Below are positions 27,374-37,869 of a DNA stretch of 49,201 bases, piece by piece (the stretch's first letter is position 1; each line of letters opens with the position of its first letter). The notes under the pieces are model-generated. The model was not told where the DNA came from, searched no databases, and saw nothing but the letters and a program-made list of their open reading frames with translations. Origin of the DNA: Xanthobacteraceae bacterium (GTDB lineage Bacteria; Pseudomonadota; Alphaproteobacteria; Rhizobiales; Xanthobacteraceae). Where the stretch lies: positions 1 through 49,201 of the forward strand of contig JBAUOM010000621.1 in the NCBI GenBank assembly GCA_049579765.1, read 5' to 3'. Position numbers and translations under genes: made by a program.

Positions 27374-27949
27374 ATGCTGCAGATCAAGCGCACGCTGACC
27401 TTCGTCGACGAGGTGGCCATCGAGGCCGGGCGGCGCGTCGACCCGCCGCTTCGCAAGATCGTGGTGGCCGCGGTCGTCGACAACCCGTTCGCAGGGCGGT
27501 TCGAGCGCGATCTCAGCCCCCTTACCGACGCCAGCGCGGAGATCGGCCGCCACATCTGCCGGCTTGCGATCGCGCTGATGGCGCCTTACGCAGCGGCAAG
27601 CTACGGCAAGGCTGCCGTGATCGGAATGAACGGCGAGCAGGAGCACGGGGTCGCCATGCTCACCACGGTCTTCGGCAACGTCATGCGGGACGCCGCCGGC
27701 GGTGGAAAGGCCTGGATTTCCTCGTTCACCAAGCGCGCCGCTCCGGGCGCAACCATCGATATTCCGCTTGCGCACAAGGACGCGCTCTATGTGCGCTCCC
27801 ATTACGACGGCGTCAGCGTCACGCTGCCGGATGCGCCTCTGCCGAACGAGCTCGCAATCATCGTCGCATTCGCCAACCGGGGGCGTCCCAACCATCGCGT
27901 GGGAGGATTGGCGGCCGACGAGGTCAAAGGCGTCGACGGGTTGGTCTGA
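27374..27949 (+). CDS. Amino acid synthesis family protein (DUF1185/AA_synth), function unknown
   Basis: ATG 27374 preceded by GGGAG. The sequence IKRTLTFVDEVAIEAGRRVDPPLRKIVVAAVVDNPFAGRF..DLSPL matches my recollection of the N-terminal pattern of this family. Length ~190 aa. Confidence 0.7.
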   Translation: MLQIKRTLTFVDEVAIEAGRRVDPPLRKIVVAAVVDNPFAGRFERDLSPLTDASAEIGRHICRLAIALMAPYAAASYGKAAVIGMNGEQEHGVAMLTTVFGNVMRDAAGGGKAWISSFTKRAAPGATIDIPLAHKDALYVRSHYDGVSVTLPDAPLPNELAIIVAFANRGRPNHRVGGLAADEVKGVDGLV

Positions 27950-27990
27950 CGGACGACGGCAAGGCATCGGGTGGACCGAAGGGAGCGATC

Positions 27991-29469
27991 ATGACGACCT
28001 GCAAGACCGGCGCAGAGCACATCAAGTCGCTCAAGGACGGCCGGACGGTCTATATCGACGGCGAGCTGGTCGCCGACGTCACGCAGCATCCCGCCTTCCG
28101 CAACGCGATCCAATCCGCGGGGATGCTCTACGACTTCCAGGCCAGGCCGGAAAACATCGAGCTGATGACGTTCAAGCCCGAGGGGTCGAACCGGCGGGTC
28201 AACCGCGCCTGGCAAATGCCGCGCAATCACGCCGAGATGGTCCAGCGCCGCAAGGCGCTGCAGGCGTGGGCCGAGCAATCCTGCGGCTTCCTGGGCCGCT
28301 CGCCCGATCACCTTGCTTCGGCGCTGGTCGGCCAACGCATGGGCATCGAAATCTTCCGCAGGCATGGCGAAGATCGCGCCAAGGCCCTGGCCAACTATTT
28401 CACCGAGGCCAGCCGCAACGACTACTTCCTCACCTATGTGATCATCAACCCGCAGGCGGAACGGGGAAAGGACTGGGGCGAGCAGGCGGAGGACCTGGTT
28501 GCGCGCGTCGTGGACGAGGATGCGGGCGGTATCACCATCCGCGGCGCCAAGATGCTCGGCACCAGTTCGATCATGGCCAACGAAGTGCTGGTCGCCAATC
28601 TGCAACCATTGAAGCCGGGCGAAGAGGACCTCGCCTTCTCCTGCGCGCTGCCGATGGGCACCAGAGGGTTGCGCGTCCTTTCACGCAAGTCCTACGAAGC
28701 TGCCGCCGTCTCCGTGTTCGACAATCCGATTTCCTCGCGCTTCGACGAGAACGACGCGCTGATGTATTTCGACGACGTCAAGGTGCCGTGGGAGCGGGTC
28801 TTCGTCTATCGCGATCCCGATATGTGCCGCGCGCAATTCCACGACACGCCCGGCCACGCGTATCAGAATTATCAGGCGCAGATTCGGCTTTCGGTGAAGA
28901 TCAAGTTCCTGGTCGGGCTCGCGCACAAGATCACCGAAGCGATCGGCACCGCGAACATGCCGCCGGTCCGCGAGCAGCTCGGCTGTCTCGCGGCCAATGT
29001 CAGCATGGTCAACGCGATGATGGCCGGCATGGAAATAGAAGGCGAGATGCGCGGCGAGTGGTGGGTACCGAACAAACACCACATGTACTCCGCACAGGTA
29101 TTGACCCAGGACCTCTATCCGCGCGTCATCAATGCCCTGCGCGACCTCGCGGGTGGCGCGCTGATCATGCTGCCCTCGTCGATCCACGATTTCAAAGATC
29201 CCGAGCTCAACAGGATCATCGGCTTGACCCAGCGTTCCGCGAAGATGCAGCCGGAGGAGAAGGTCAAATTTCTCAAAGCGGCGTGGGACGCGATCGGCTC
29301 GGAGTTCGGCTCGCGCCATACTCAGTATGAAATGTTCTACGCCGGCGCCCGCTTCGTGACCGCCGGCCACAGCTATCGCACCTTCGACTGGGGCAGCGCG
29401 ACCAAGATGGTCGATGATCTCATGGCGGGCTACGACCTTTCCGATGAGCTGCCTCGCAGATCGCACTAA
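27991..29469 (+). CDS. 4-hydroxyphenylacetate 3-hydroxylase (HpaB) family flavin-dependent monooxygenase, oxygenase component
   Basis: ATG 27991 preceded by AAGGGAG. 492 aa with HpaB-type N- and C-terminal domains (HIKSLKDGRTVYIDGELV..VT.HPAF...; ...SRHTQYEMFYAG). The long upstream extension in the ORF track overlaps the previous gene and is Arg-rich junk. Confidence 0.85.
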   Translation: MTTCKTGAEHIKSLKDGRTVYIDGELVADVTQHPAFRNAIQSAGMLYDFQARPENIELMTFKPEGSNRRVNRAWQMPRNHAEMVQRRKALQAWAEQSCGFLGRSPDHLASALVGQRMGIEIFRRHGEDRAKALANYFTEASRNDYFLTYVIINPQAERGKDWGEQAEDLVARVVDEDAGGITIRGAKMLGTSSIMANEVLVANLQPLKPGEEDLAFSCALPMGTRGLRVLSRKSYEAAAVSVFDNPISSRFDENDALMYFDDVKVPWERVFVYRDPDMCRAQFHDTPGHAYQNYQAQIRLSVKIKFLVGLAHKITEAIGTANMPPVREQLGCLAANVSMVNAMMAGMEIEGEMRGEWWVPNKHHMYSAQVLTQDLYPRVINALRDLAGGALIMLPSSIHDFKDPELNRIIGLTQRSAKMQPEEKVKFLKAAWDAIGSEFGSRHTQYEMFYAGARFVTAGHSYRTFDWGSATKMVDDLMAGYDLSDELPRRSH

Positions 29470-29993
29470 CGGGCACCGACCGCTCGTCCGTGCACGAAAC
29501 TTGCAATCGTCAATTCGGGCGAGACCATCGAGACACTGGCTTGCGACGGTCCTGCGCTTGACACTGGGAGGCTATGTTTGCCTAGTAGCCGCAATCACGT
29601 TCGCCGAACCGGCGTCCGTCGACGTGACCTTTGATGTGCGTTGGTCTTGACGATGCGTCGGCCGGTCCCGACATCGCGGCTCGGGGGCGGGACCCGGGTG
29701 CCGCTTCTGGATCAAGACGGCGAGCGAAAGCGGCTCGCACCGCCCCGGTGTCGTGCCCGCATCCGGGCCGCGAGCGCCGCTGGTCCTGCCATGCAGCCGT
29801 CTCTTACGCTCATCTCAATGTTGAATTCGAAAGCGATCTCCCGCGAAAGTGGGTACTGGCAATGTAAGTGACAATTTCGCCCTTCGCTTTGGAGGGCGAA
29901 CTGCTCAGCATATGGCTTCCTGCCGGGAGGATGCCTCGTTCGCGCAAGCGCCGCAGCACGGGCTGCGCGTGCGGGGCCGAGATCGAGAGGGAT

Positions 29994-30866
29994 ATGATCT
30001 ATCAACAATTGATCAACGGCCTCATGCTGGGCGCGTCCTATTCCCTGATCGCGATCGGCTACACGCTGATCTTCGGCGTCCTCAAACTGCTCTACTTTGC
30101 CCAGGGTGAAGTGTTCATGGTGGGCGCCTTCGTCGGGCTCTATCTCGTGATCCTCGGCGGAGCCAACATCTATGTCGCGCTGCTGGGCGCGATGATCGCC
30201 TGCGCCCTGCTCGGCGTCCTCGCGGTCTACGTGTCGGTTCGTCCGGTCCGTAAGGATCGGCCTTTGGCGCCGCTGATCAGCACGATCGGCCTGACGATCG
30301 TCTTGCAGAATCTGGCGGTCTACATCTTCGGCGGCCAGCAGGTGGCATTTCCCGAAACCATCAGGCAGGAGCTCTATCATTTCGGGCCGATCACCATCAG
30401 CTCGGTGCAGATCTTCATCCTGGCGGTGGCGTCAGTGCTGATGGTGGTGCTTTGGCTGTTCATCGAACATACCAAGATGGGGCGCGCCATCCGGGCGACC
30501 GCCGAAAATCACGAAACGGCGGCGCTGCTCGGGGTCGACGTCAATCGCGTGGTGCTCGTCACGTTCATGATCGGCTCGGGCATCGCCGGCATCGCCGGCG
30601 TCCTCGACGGCATCAAGAACAGCGGCGTCTCGCCCTTCATGGGGCTCGCCGCCGCGGTCAAGGGGCTTATCGTCATGCTCCTCGGCGGTCTTGGCAACGT
30701 GCCGGGCGCCATGGTGGCCGGCCTCCTGCTCGGAATGATCGAAATTCTGTCGGCTGCCTATATCGGCACGACCGAGCGCGACTTGTTCTCCTTCGCGATC
30801 CTCATCCTCATTCTGCTTTATCGGCCGACCGGGCTGTTCGGCACACGCACGCCGGAAGAAAGGTAG
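29994..30866 (+). CDS. livH: Branched-chain amino acid-type ABC transporter permease (LivH-like)
   Basis: ATG 29994 preceded by GAGAGG. 290-aa membrane protein starting MIYQQLINGLMLGASYSLIAIGYTLIFG, the typical LivH N-terminus. Confidence 0.9.
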   Translation: MIYQQLINGLMLGASYSLIAIGYTLIFGVLKLLYFAQGEVFMVGAFVGLYLVILGGANIYVALLGAMIACALLGVLAVYVSVRPVRKDRPLAPLISTIGLTIVLQNLAVYIFGGQQVAFPETIRQELYHFGPITISSVQIFILAVASVLMVVLWLFIEHTKMGRAIRATAENHETAALLGVDVNRVVLVTFMIGSGIAGIAGVLDGIKNSGVSPFMGLAAAVKGLIVMLLGGLGNVPGAMVAGLLLGMIEILSAAYIGTTERDLFSFAILILILLYRPTGLFGTRTPEER

Positions 30867-30871
30867 CGCCG

Positions 30872-31831
30872 ATGTTCGACGGTCTGCTCGATGGCTATAC
30901 CCAATCGCTCTTGATCTTTGGCGGCATCAACGTCATCGCGGCCTACAGTTTTTACGTGCCGTACAAGACCGGTCAGGTATCGCTCGGCCAGGCCGGTTTC
31001 ATGGCGGTCGGCGCCTATACCTCGGCGATACTGACGCAGAAATTCGGCGTGCCGTTCGCGGCCGCCTTGCTGTTCGGCGGCGTGATCGCCGGCGTGATCG
31101 GGGTCATCGTCGGGTTTCCCGCATTGCGCATCAAGGGCATCTACCTGCTGCTGCTGACCCTCGGCTTTGCCGAGATCATATCGGTGATCGCGCTGAGCTG
31201 GGAGTATGTCGGCGGCGCCCAGGGTTTCCGCAACATCACCTTCAACACCTACACGCTGGAATACGTTGTCGGCATCATCGTCGTCCTGCTGCTGTTTTTC
31301 GCCCGCCTCGAGCGGTCGAGCCTCGGCCGCGCCATGGATTCCATTCATCAGGACGAGACCGCGGCCGAGGTGATGGGCATCGACGTCGTGCGCATCAAGC
31401 TTCTGGCCTTCGGACTGGGCGCGTGCATTGCCGGGCTTGCCGGCGCGCTCTACGCCCATCACGCCACCTATATGGATTCCACCACGTTCAATATCATGCT
31501 GGCGGTCGAGATATTGGTCTTCGTCGTGGTGGGCGGGGGCAGCACCTTCTGGGGACCGTTGCTCGGCGCTGCGGTCCTCAATGCCATACCCGAGTTTCTC
31601 AGAGCGCTGCGCGACTGGCTGGAGTTGGTTCCAGTGGAATGGACCAACTTCTATCCCATGAACCGTGCCTACGACTTCCTCCATGACTTCCTCGATTTCG
31701 AGAACGCCAAGCGACTCATCGCCTACGGCATCATCCTCATCCTGATGATGATCTTGCGACCGGATGGCCTGCTCACACGCGACTCGTTACGCCGCTTGCG
31801 TCTTCCACGCCGGGAGGCGCGTCATGCGTGA
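30872..31831 (+). CDS. livM: Branched-chain amino acid-type ABC transporter permease (LivM-like)
   Basis: ATG 30872, 5 nt after the livH stop. Hydrophobic 319-aa protein with the LivM-type motif SLGQAGFMAVGAYT. Confidence 0.9.
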   Translation: MFDGLLDGYTQSLLIFGGINVIAAYSFYVPYKTGQVSLGQAGFMAVGAYTSAILTQKFGVPFAAALLFGGVIAGVIGVIVGFPALRIKGIYLLLLTLGFAEIISVIALSWEYVGGAQGFRNITFNTYTLEYVVGIIVVLLLFFARLERSSLGRAMDSIHQDETAAEVMGIDVVRIKLLAFGLGACIAGLAGALYAHHATYMDSTTFNIMLAVEILVFVVVGGGSTFWGPLLGAAVLNAIPEFLRALRDWLELVPVEWTNFYPMNRAYDFLHDFLDFENAKRLIAYGIILILMMILRPDGLLTRDSLRRLRLPRREARHA

Positions 31832-32627
31832 CGCGGTCGTGGGCAAGGCTTGTCTTGCCATCGAAGGCTTGACCAAACGCTTCGGCGGCTTTTACGCGCT
31901 GAACGAGCTCAGCATGCAAGTGTCGCAAGGCCACATTCACGCATTGATCGGCCCGAACGGCGCGGGCAAAACGACGTTCTTCAATCTCGTGACTGGGGTG
32001 CTTTCCGCCGACGCCGGGACGATCATCTTCGACGGTCAGGTGCTGGATGACGTCCGCCCGTCCAAACGGACGATCAAGGGCATTGCCCGCACCTTCCAGA
32101 ACATCCGCTTGTTTCCGCATTTGACGGTCATGGAGACCGTCATGATCGGCGAGCATTGCCGTGCCTACCCTTCCGTTTGGAAGGCGCTCGGCGAGGCGAT
32201 CCTGCACCCTCCGTTCCGTGAGGCGGACGAAGAGCGCCGGATGCGCGCGACCGCGATCGAGCTGCTCGAATTTCTCGGACTCGCGGAAAAGCAGGCGGCC
32301 AAGGCGTCCGATCTGCCCTACGGGGAACAGCGCAGGCTGGAACTGGCGCGGGCGCTTGCCACGCGGCCGCGCCTCTTGCTGCTCGACGAGCCGGCGGCGG
32401 GAATGAACCCGCGCGAGACCGAGGAACTCGATGATGTCATCACGCGTATTCGCGACCGCGACGTCACGATCATTCTCGTCGAGCACGACATGCGACTGGT
32501 GATGGATATCTCCGACAGCGTGACCGTGCTCAATTTCGGAACCAAGATTGCGGAAGGAACGCCGGAAACAATTCGAAGCGATCCGGTCGTGATCGAGGCA
32601 TATCTCGGCGAGGACGTGCAGCTATGA
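31824..32627 (+). CDS. livG: ABC transporter ATP-binding protein (LivG-like)
   Basis: ATG 31824 preceded by GGGAGG, overlapping the livM end by 8 nt. Walker A GPNGAGKTT, signature YGEQRRLELARAL, Walker B LLLDEPAAGM. Confidence 0.9.
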   Translation: MRDAVVGKACLAIEGLTKRFGGFYALNELSMQVSQGHIHALIGPNGAGKTTFFNLVTGVLSADAGTIIFDGQVLDDVRPSKRTIKGIARTFQNIRLFPHLTVMETVMIGEHCRAYPSVWKALGEAILHPPFREADEERRMRATAIELLEFLGLAEKQAAKASDLPYGEQRRLELARALATRPRLLLLDEPAAGMNPRETEELDDVITRIRDRDVTIILVEHDMRLVMDISDSVTVLNFGTKIAEGTPETIRSDPVVIEAYLGEDVQL

Positions 32628-33340
32628 CGATGCTGGCGATCCATGGCCTGCGTTCCGGATACGGAAAGATCGAGGTGTTGCGCGACGTCAGCCTCACGAT
32701 CGAGCGGGGGCAGATCGTCACTTTGATCGGCGCCAACGGCGCGGGAAAGACGACGCTCTTGAAAACCATATCCGGACTGCTGCGGCCGACGGCGGGCGGC
32801 GTCGAGTTCGAGGGCAAGAGCATCGTCCGCCGCGCGCCGCACAAGATCGTCGCGCTTGGCCTGAGCCAGGTGCCCGAGGGCCGCGCCATCCTCAAGCGCA
32901 TGACGGTGATGGACAACCTGCGAATGGGTGGGTTCACGCGCACCGATTCGAGGATCAAAACCGACATCGCCGCGGTTTTCGAGCGCTTCCCGGTGCTGGA
33001 CGAGCGCCGCGATCAACTGGCCGCAACTCTGAGCGGCGGCGAGCAGCAGATGTTGGCGATCGGGCGGGCGTTGGTGGCGCGGCCGAAACTGCTGCTGCTG
33101 GACGAACCGTCGCTCGGCCTCGCACCCAAGTTCGTCACGCGAATTTTCCTCACGCTGCGCGAGTTGCAAGCCGAAGGCAAGACCATCCTGCTGGTTGAGC
33201 AGAACGCCCGCCAAGCGTTGCAGGCCGCCGATCATGCCTACGTCATGGAGCGCGGCAGGATTGTTATGAGCGGATCCGGCCGGCAGCTCCTCAACGACCC
33301 GGAGGTCCAGCACACTTACCTCGGGCGGCATGCGGCATGA
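32624..33340 (+). CDS. livF: ABC transporter ATP-binding protein (LivF-like)
   Basis: ATGA overlap with livG. Walker A GANGAGKTT, signature LSGGEQQML, Walker B LLLDEPSLGL. Confidence 0.9.
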   Translation: MTMLAIHGLRSGYGKIEVLRDVSLTIERGQIVTLIGANGAGKTTLLKTISGLLRPTAGGVEFEGKSIVRRAPHKIVALGLSQVPEGRAILKRMTVMDNLRMGGFTRTDSRIKTDIAAVFERFPVLDERRDQLAATLSGGEQQMLAIGRALVARPKLLLLDEPSLGLAPKFVTRIFLTLRELQAEGKTILLVEQNARQALQAADHAYVMERGRIVMSGSGRQLLNDPEVQHTYLGRHAA

Positions 33341-33490
33341 AAGCGCATTGCGGGGGCCGATCGACGTGCGATGGAGGTGTGGATGTTGCAAATTTGGAGC
33401 TAACATATCTTGCAGTGCCACAAGCGCACGCTGCGAAGCACCGCGGCGTGGTTGATGTGTCTGTTCACCGACTTTAGGAGGGACGTAACG

Positions 33491-34669
33491 ATGGGACTTT
33501 CAGGCAAGTTCGCGATGTCGTTGGCCGCCGCGGCCATCGTGTTCACCGCCACATCGCACGACAACGCCGAGGCCGCCAAGCTGGCGGGCCGCGACGTCAA
33601 GATAGGCTGCATGGTGCCCCTGACCGGAAAAGGCGCCGAGTGGGGCCAGGCCGCGAAGTTCTCCATGGAGTTCGCGGTCGAGGAAATCAATGCGAAGGGC
33701 GGCATCGGCGGCGTGCCGATCAACCTTGTCTGCTACGACACGCAGACGCTGGAGCCTGAGGCGCTCAAGATGATCAGCCGGCTGGTCGAGCGCGACAAGG
33801 TCCTGGCCATCTCGGGACCGTGCTTCAGCTCCGAGTTCGAGGCGATCGCGCCGCAGCTCGACTCGCGCTTCAAGACCGTGATCAACTCCTACTGCTCGGC
33901 CAAGCCGGGACTTTCGGCCATGAGCAAATGGGCCTTCCGCAACACGCTGACCAGCGACAAGCAGCTCAAGCCGGTGGTCGCGGCATGGGTCAAGGAGTAC
34001 AAGCCCAAGAAGGTCGTCATCATCTACGACGCCGAAGACGCGGTGTCCAAGGCGGAGGGCGACAAGATCATGCCGGTCCTTCTGAAAGAAAACGGCGTGG
34101 AGGTGCTGGACAAACTCACCTACCGCACCAAGGACACGGACTACTCGGCGCAGATCACCAAGGCGAAAGCGCTGGGCGCCGATGGGATCGCGTTCGGCTC
34201 CTGCTACCAGAACGCTGCCGCCATAGCGAAAGAGGCGTACAAGCAGGGGCTCAAGGTTCCGATGGTCGGCGGCGCCTGTGCCGGCGCGCCCGGCTTCATC
34301 GACATTGCCGGCCAGGCCGCCGAGGGCGCCTACATGTCCTCCGCCGCCTGGCTCGACGATCCGCGGCCGGAGGTGCAGGCCTACACCAAGAAAGCCCTTG
34401 CGAAGAACAACGGCACGCTGCCGCCCTACAGTGGACCAAGGGCCTACGACATTATCTACGCCTATAAGCACTGCATCGAGGCCTCGGGCGTCACGAACAA
34501 GCCGAGCGACCTCGACTCCGACCGCGACAAGATCCGGGAGTGCCTCGCCGGTCTCAAGAATTTCCCCGGCGTCGCCGGCGAAATCACGATGGACGAGCAC
34601 CGCGACGGGGCAGGTTCCAGTGCCATCCTCAAGGTGGTCAACGGCAAGTACGTCAACGTGGCCAAATAG
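33491..34669 (+). CDS. Periplasmic substrate-binding protein of the Liv/Bra (type 1 PBP) family
   Basis: ATG 33491 preceded by AGGAGG. Signal peptide ending AEA-AK. IGCMVPLTGKGAEWG is typical of LivK/BraC-like receptors. Ligand unknown. Confidence 0.85.
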   Translation: MGLSGKFAMSLAAAAIVFTATSHDNAEAAKLAGRDVKIGCMVPLTGKGAEWGQAAKFSMEFAVEEINAKGGIGGVPINLVCYDTQTLEPEALKMISRLVERDKVLAISGPCFSSEFEAIAPQLDSRFKTVINSYCSAKPGLSAMSKWAFRNTLTSDKQLKPVVAAWVKEYKPKKVVIIYDAEDAVSKAEGDKIMPVLLKENGVEVLDKLTYRTKDTDYSAQITKAKALGADGIAFGSCYQNAAAIAKEAYKQGLKVPMVGGACAGAPGFIDIAGQAAEGAYMSSAAWLDDPRPEVQAYTKKALAKNNGTLPPYSGPRAYDIIYAYKHCIEASGVTNKPSDLDSDRDKIRECLAGLKNFPGVAGEITMDEHRDGAGSSAILKVVNGKYVNVAK

Positions 34670-34698
34670 CCAGGGTTGAGGAATTCCGCTTCCTTCTC

Positions 34699-34731
34699 GG
34701 GCGGCGCTCCATTATCGCGAGCGCCGCCTTT
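34699..34731 (+). terminator. Rho-independent terminator candidate after the Liv-type binding-protein gene
   Basis: 10-bp GC-rich stem GGCGGCGCTC (34700-34709) / GAGCGCCGCC (34719-34728) with a 9-nt loop, followed by TTT. It sits 30 nt after the stop codon. The T-tract is short. Confidence 0.5.
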
Positions 34732-34962
34732 GCCTGTCGCTGCGCGAAGCCCGATCGTGCCGCACTGCCTGCGAGTTCTGCCCGACGCTTGCAAACGGAT
34801 TCCGCAGAAATCGAAAAGCCGAAAATTGGACGGATTCTCGCTGCGGTCGTTGCGGGAGCAAGCGGATCGCGGAGGGATTATGCGCTTTAAGGGTTGAAAT
34901 GCGGATGATATCGTTGCGCGAAAAACGGCTATCAAAAAATATCAATTGGGGGATGCGCCGCC

Positions 34963-36567
34963 ATGCTGAAGGACACCATCGATCAGATCCTGCCGGCGAC
35001 CGCCGCACGCCATCCGGACAAGACCGCGCTGATCTTCGGTGACACGACGTTCACTTATCGCCAGCTTGAACGGCTCAGCAATCAGGCCGCCAACGGGCTG
35101 AAGGCGCTCGGCGTCAAGAAGGGCGACCGCGTGACGCTGTTCGCGCAGAACAGCGGGGAATGGGTGATCAGCTATATCGGCATCGCCAAGGCTGGTGGCG
35201 TCCTCAATCCGGTCAATGCCATGCTGACCGCGGATGAACTGGCCTATGTCGTCAAGGATTGCGGCGCGAGAGTGCTCATCACCACGTCGGAGCGCGCCAA
35301 GCCTGTCTTGCATCTCAAGGATGACGGCAACTTGAAGGAGATCGTGGTCCTCGGCGGGGCTCCACCGGAGGGTACGATTTCGTTCGACGATCTGGTTGCG
35401 GGACAAGCCGACACGATCGAGCCGCCCGGGAATGCCGCCGGGGACCTATCCACGATTTGCTACACGTCCGGCACGACCGGATTTCCCAAGGGCGCGATGC
35501 TGAGCCACCGAAGCGTCGTATTGAATGCAGCGCTGACCGCGGCGATGAATGTGCGGACGCAGCACGATATCCAATTCACCGGCCTGCCGCTGGCGCATGT
35601 CTACGGCACCGTCGTGATGAATTTGAGCTTTCTTCTCGGCCTCACGTTTGTGATGCTGGAAAAGTTCGATGCCCAGCAGGCGCTCGAATCGATTCAGCGC
35701 CACAGGGTGAGCATTATGGACGGCGTGCCGACCATGTACCTTTACATGCTGGCGCATCCCGACTTTGAAAAATACGACCTGTCGTCGCTGCGGGTGGCGG
35801 TCGTCGGCGGGCAAGCCATGCCCGCCGCGAAGTCGACCGAATGGCTTGAGCGCACCGGCTCGCCGATGCTCGAGCTATGGGGCATGACCGAGCTCGCCGG
35901 TCCCGGCATCATGCAGCATGCTTACTGCGAAAACAGGCTGGGCTCGGTCGGAATCATGATGCCGTTCATGCAGGGCCGGATCGCCGATCCGGCGGATCCG
36001 TCGAAGACCTTGCCGGACGGCCAAGTGGGCGAGCTGATGGTCAAGGGCCCGTTCACCATGCTCGGCTACTACGGCAACGAGAAGGCGACCGCGGAAGCCA
36101 TCGAGCCCGACGGCTGGCTGCATTCCGGCGATCTGTGCAAAATGGATGCGGACGGCTATTTCTACGTCGTCGATCGCAAGAAGGACATGATCCTGACGGC
36201 GGGCTACAACATCTACCCGGCCGAGATCGAGCGCGTCATTTGCGGCCACCCGTCGGTCGCCATGGTCGGCGTCGGGGCCAAGCCGGATCCGCACAAGGGC
36301 GAAATCGCCAAGGCCTATATCGTGCTCAAGGCCGGCGCCGCCGCGGATGCAAACGGTATCCTCGACTATTGCAGGCAGCATCTGGCCGCCTACAAGATGC
36401 CGCGCGAGGTGCAATTCGTGCCCGGCCTGCCGACGACGTCGTCGGGCAAGATCATGCGGCGTGAGCTGAAGACGCTGGACCGGGATGCTCACCCGGCGGA
36501 GCAACCGGGCGAGCGCGCGCCGCGCCGCGCCGACGCGTCGCGGACCCTGGTCGCCGGCCCCGGCTGA
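34963..36567 (+). CDS. AMP-dependent acyl-CoA synthetase/ligase
   Basis: AMP-binding motif YTSGTTGFPKGA, plus GWLHSGDL and the C-terminal SSGKIMRREL lysine motif. 534 aa. Acid substrate unknown. Confidence 0.9.
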   Translation: MLKDTIDQILPATAARHPDKTALIFGDTTFTYRQLERLSNQAANGLKALGVKKGDRVTLFAQNSGEWVISYIGIAKAGGVLNPVNAMLTADELAYVVKDCGARVLITTSERAKPVLHLKDDGNLKEIVVLGGAPPEGTISFDDLVAGQADTIEPPGNAAGDLSTICYTSGTTGFPKGAMLSHRSVVLNAALTAAMNVRTQHDIQFTGLPLAHVYGTVVMNLSFLLGLTFVMLEKFDAQQALESIQRHRVSIMDGVPTMYLYMLAHPDFEKYDLSSLRVAVVGGQAMPAAKSTEWLERTGSPMLELWGMTELAGPGIMQHAYCENRLGSVGIMMPFMQGRIADPADPSKTLPDGQVGELMVKGPFTMLGYYGNEKATAEAIEPDGWLHSGDLCKMDADGYFYVVDRKKDMILTAGYNIYPAEIERVICGHPSVAMVGVGAKPDPHKGEIAKAYIVLKAGAAADANGILDYCRQHLAAYKMPREVQFVPGLPTTSSGKIMRRELKTLDRDAHPAEQPGERAPRRADASRTLVAGPG

Positions 36568-36591
36568 ACACCGGCGCCGTCCGTCTGCCGA

Positions 36592-37818
36592 CTACGCAAA
36601 AAACGCCTGAATTCCCGTCTGCGCCCGGCCCAGAATGAGGGCATGAATGTCGTGAGTGCCTTCGTAAGTATTGACGGTTTCCAAGTTCACCACGTGGCGC
36701 ATGACGTGGAATTCGTCGCTGATGCCATTGGCGCCGTGCATGTCGCGGGCGGCGCGGGCGATGTCCAGCGCCTTGCCGCAATTGTTGCGCTTGATCAGTG
36801 AGATGGCCTCGGGTGCGAGCTTGCCGGCGTCGAACAGCCGCCCCGCCTGCAGGCAGGCCTGCAGCCCGAGAGTTATTTCGGTCTGCATGTGGGCGAGCTT
36901 CTTCTGAACCAGCTGGTTGGCAGCCAGCGGCCGGCCGAACTGCTTGCGGTCGAGGGTATATTGACGGGCCGCATGCCAGCAGAATTCGGCCGCACCCATC
37001 GCTCCCCAGGCGATGCCGAAGCGCGCCCGGTTGAGGCAGCCGAACGGACCGGCCAGTCCGGTCACGTTCGGCAGCAGGTTCTCCGCCGGCACGAAGACGT
37101 CGTCCATCACGACTTGGCCGGTGATCGACGCGCGCAGGCTCAGCTTGCCCTCGATCCTCGGCGTCGAAAGCCCCTTCATGCCGCGCTCCAGCACGAAACC
37201 GCGGATCACGTCGTCATCGGTCTTCGCCCAAACCACCAGCACGTCGGCGATCGGCGAGTTTGTGATCCACGTCTTGCTGCCGGTCATCCGGAAGCCGCGA
37301 TCGGCGGATCTCGCCCGCGTCGTCATCGAGCCCGGATCGGAGCCATGGTCCGGCTCGGTCAGACCGAAGCAGCCCACCCACTCGCCGCTCGCGAGCTTGG
37401 GCAGATACTTCATCCGCTGCTCCTCGCTGCCGTAAGCGTAGATCGGATGCATGACCAAGGAGCTTTGCACGCTCATTGCCGAGCGGTAGCACGAATCGAC
37501 CCGCTCCGCTTCGCGGGCCGCCAGCCCGTACGCCACGTAGCTCGTGCCGGAGCCGCCATATCTTTCCGGCAGCGTCGATCCGAGCAGACCGAGCTCGCCC
37601 AACTCGCTTATGATGGCGCGGTCGAACTCTTCGGCGCGGTTTGCCATCAGGATCCGCGGCATCAGCTTGTCCTGACAGTAGGTGCGCGCACTGTCGCGGA
37701 TCATGCGCTCGTCTTCCGTCAGCTGACTTTCCAGCAGCAGCGGGTCGTCCCACTGGAAGGCGCCGTATTTGTTGGCGGAAACGGTCTCGACTTTCTTGGG
37801 TAGAACCATTTGGTTCAT
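36592..37818 (-). CDS. gcdH: Glutaryl-CoA dehydrogenase
   Basis: 408 aa, collinear by eye with bacterial and mitochondrial GCDH ([25 protein letters not shown]..., [33 protein letters not shown]). Confidence 0.9.
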   Translation of the reverse strand: MNQMVLPKKVETVSANKYGAFQWDDPLLLESQLTEDERMIRDSARTYCQDKLMPRILMANRAEEFDRAIISELGELGLLGSTLPERYGGSGTSYVAYGLAAREAERVDSCYRSAMSVQSSLVMHPIYAYGSEEQRMKYLPKLASGEWVGCFGLTEPDHGSDPGSMTTRARSADRGFRMTGSKTWITNSPIADVLVVWAKTDDDVIRGFVLERGMKGLSTPRIEGKLSLRASITGQVVMDDVFVPAENLLPNVTGLAGPFGCLNRARFGIAWGAMGAAEFCWHAARQYTLDRKQFGRPLAANQLVQKKLAHMQTEITLGLQACLQAGRLFDAGKLAPEAISLIKRNNCGKALDIARAARDMHGANGISDEFHVMRHVVNLETVNTYEGTHDIHALILGRAQTGIQAFFA

Positions 37819-37869
37819 GTCGATCTCCTGCGATCCAGGGGCCCGTCTACGTCACCGCCCCGGTCAAGC

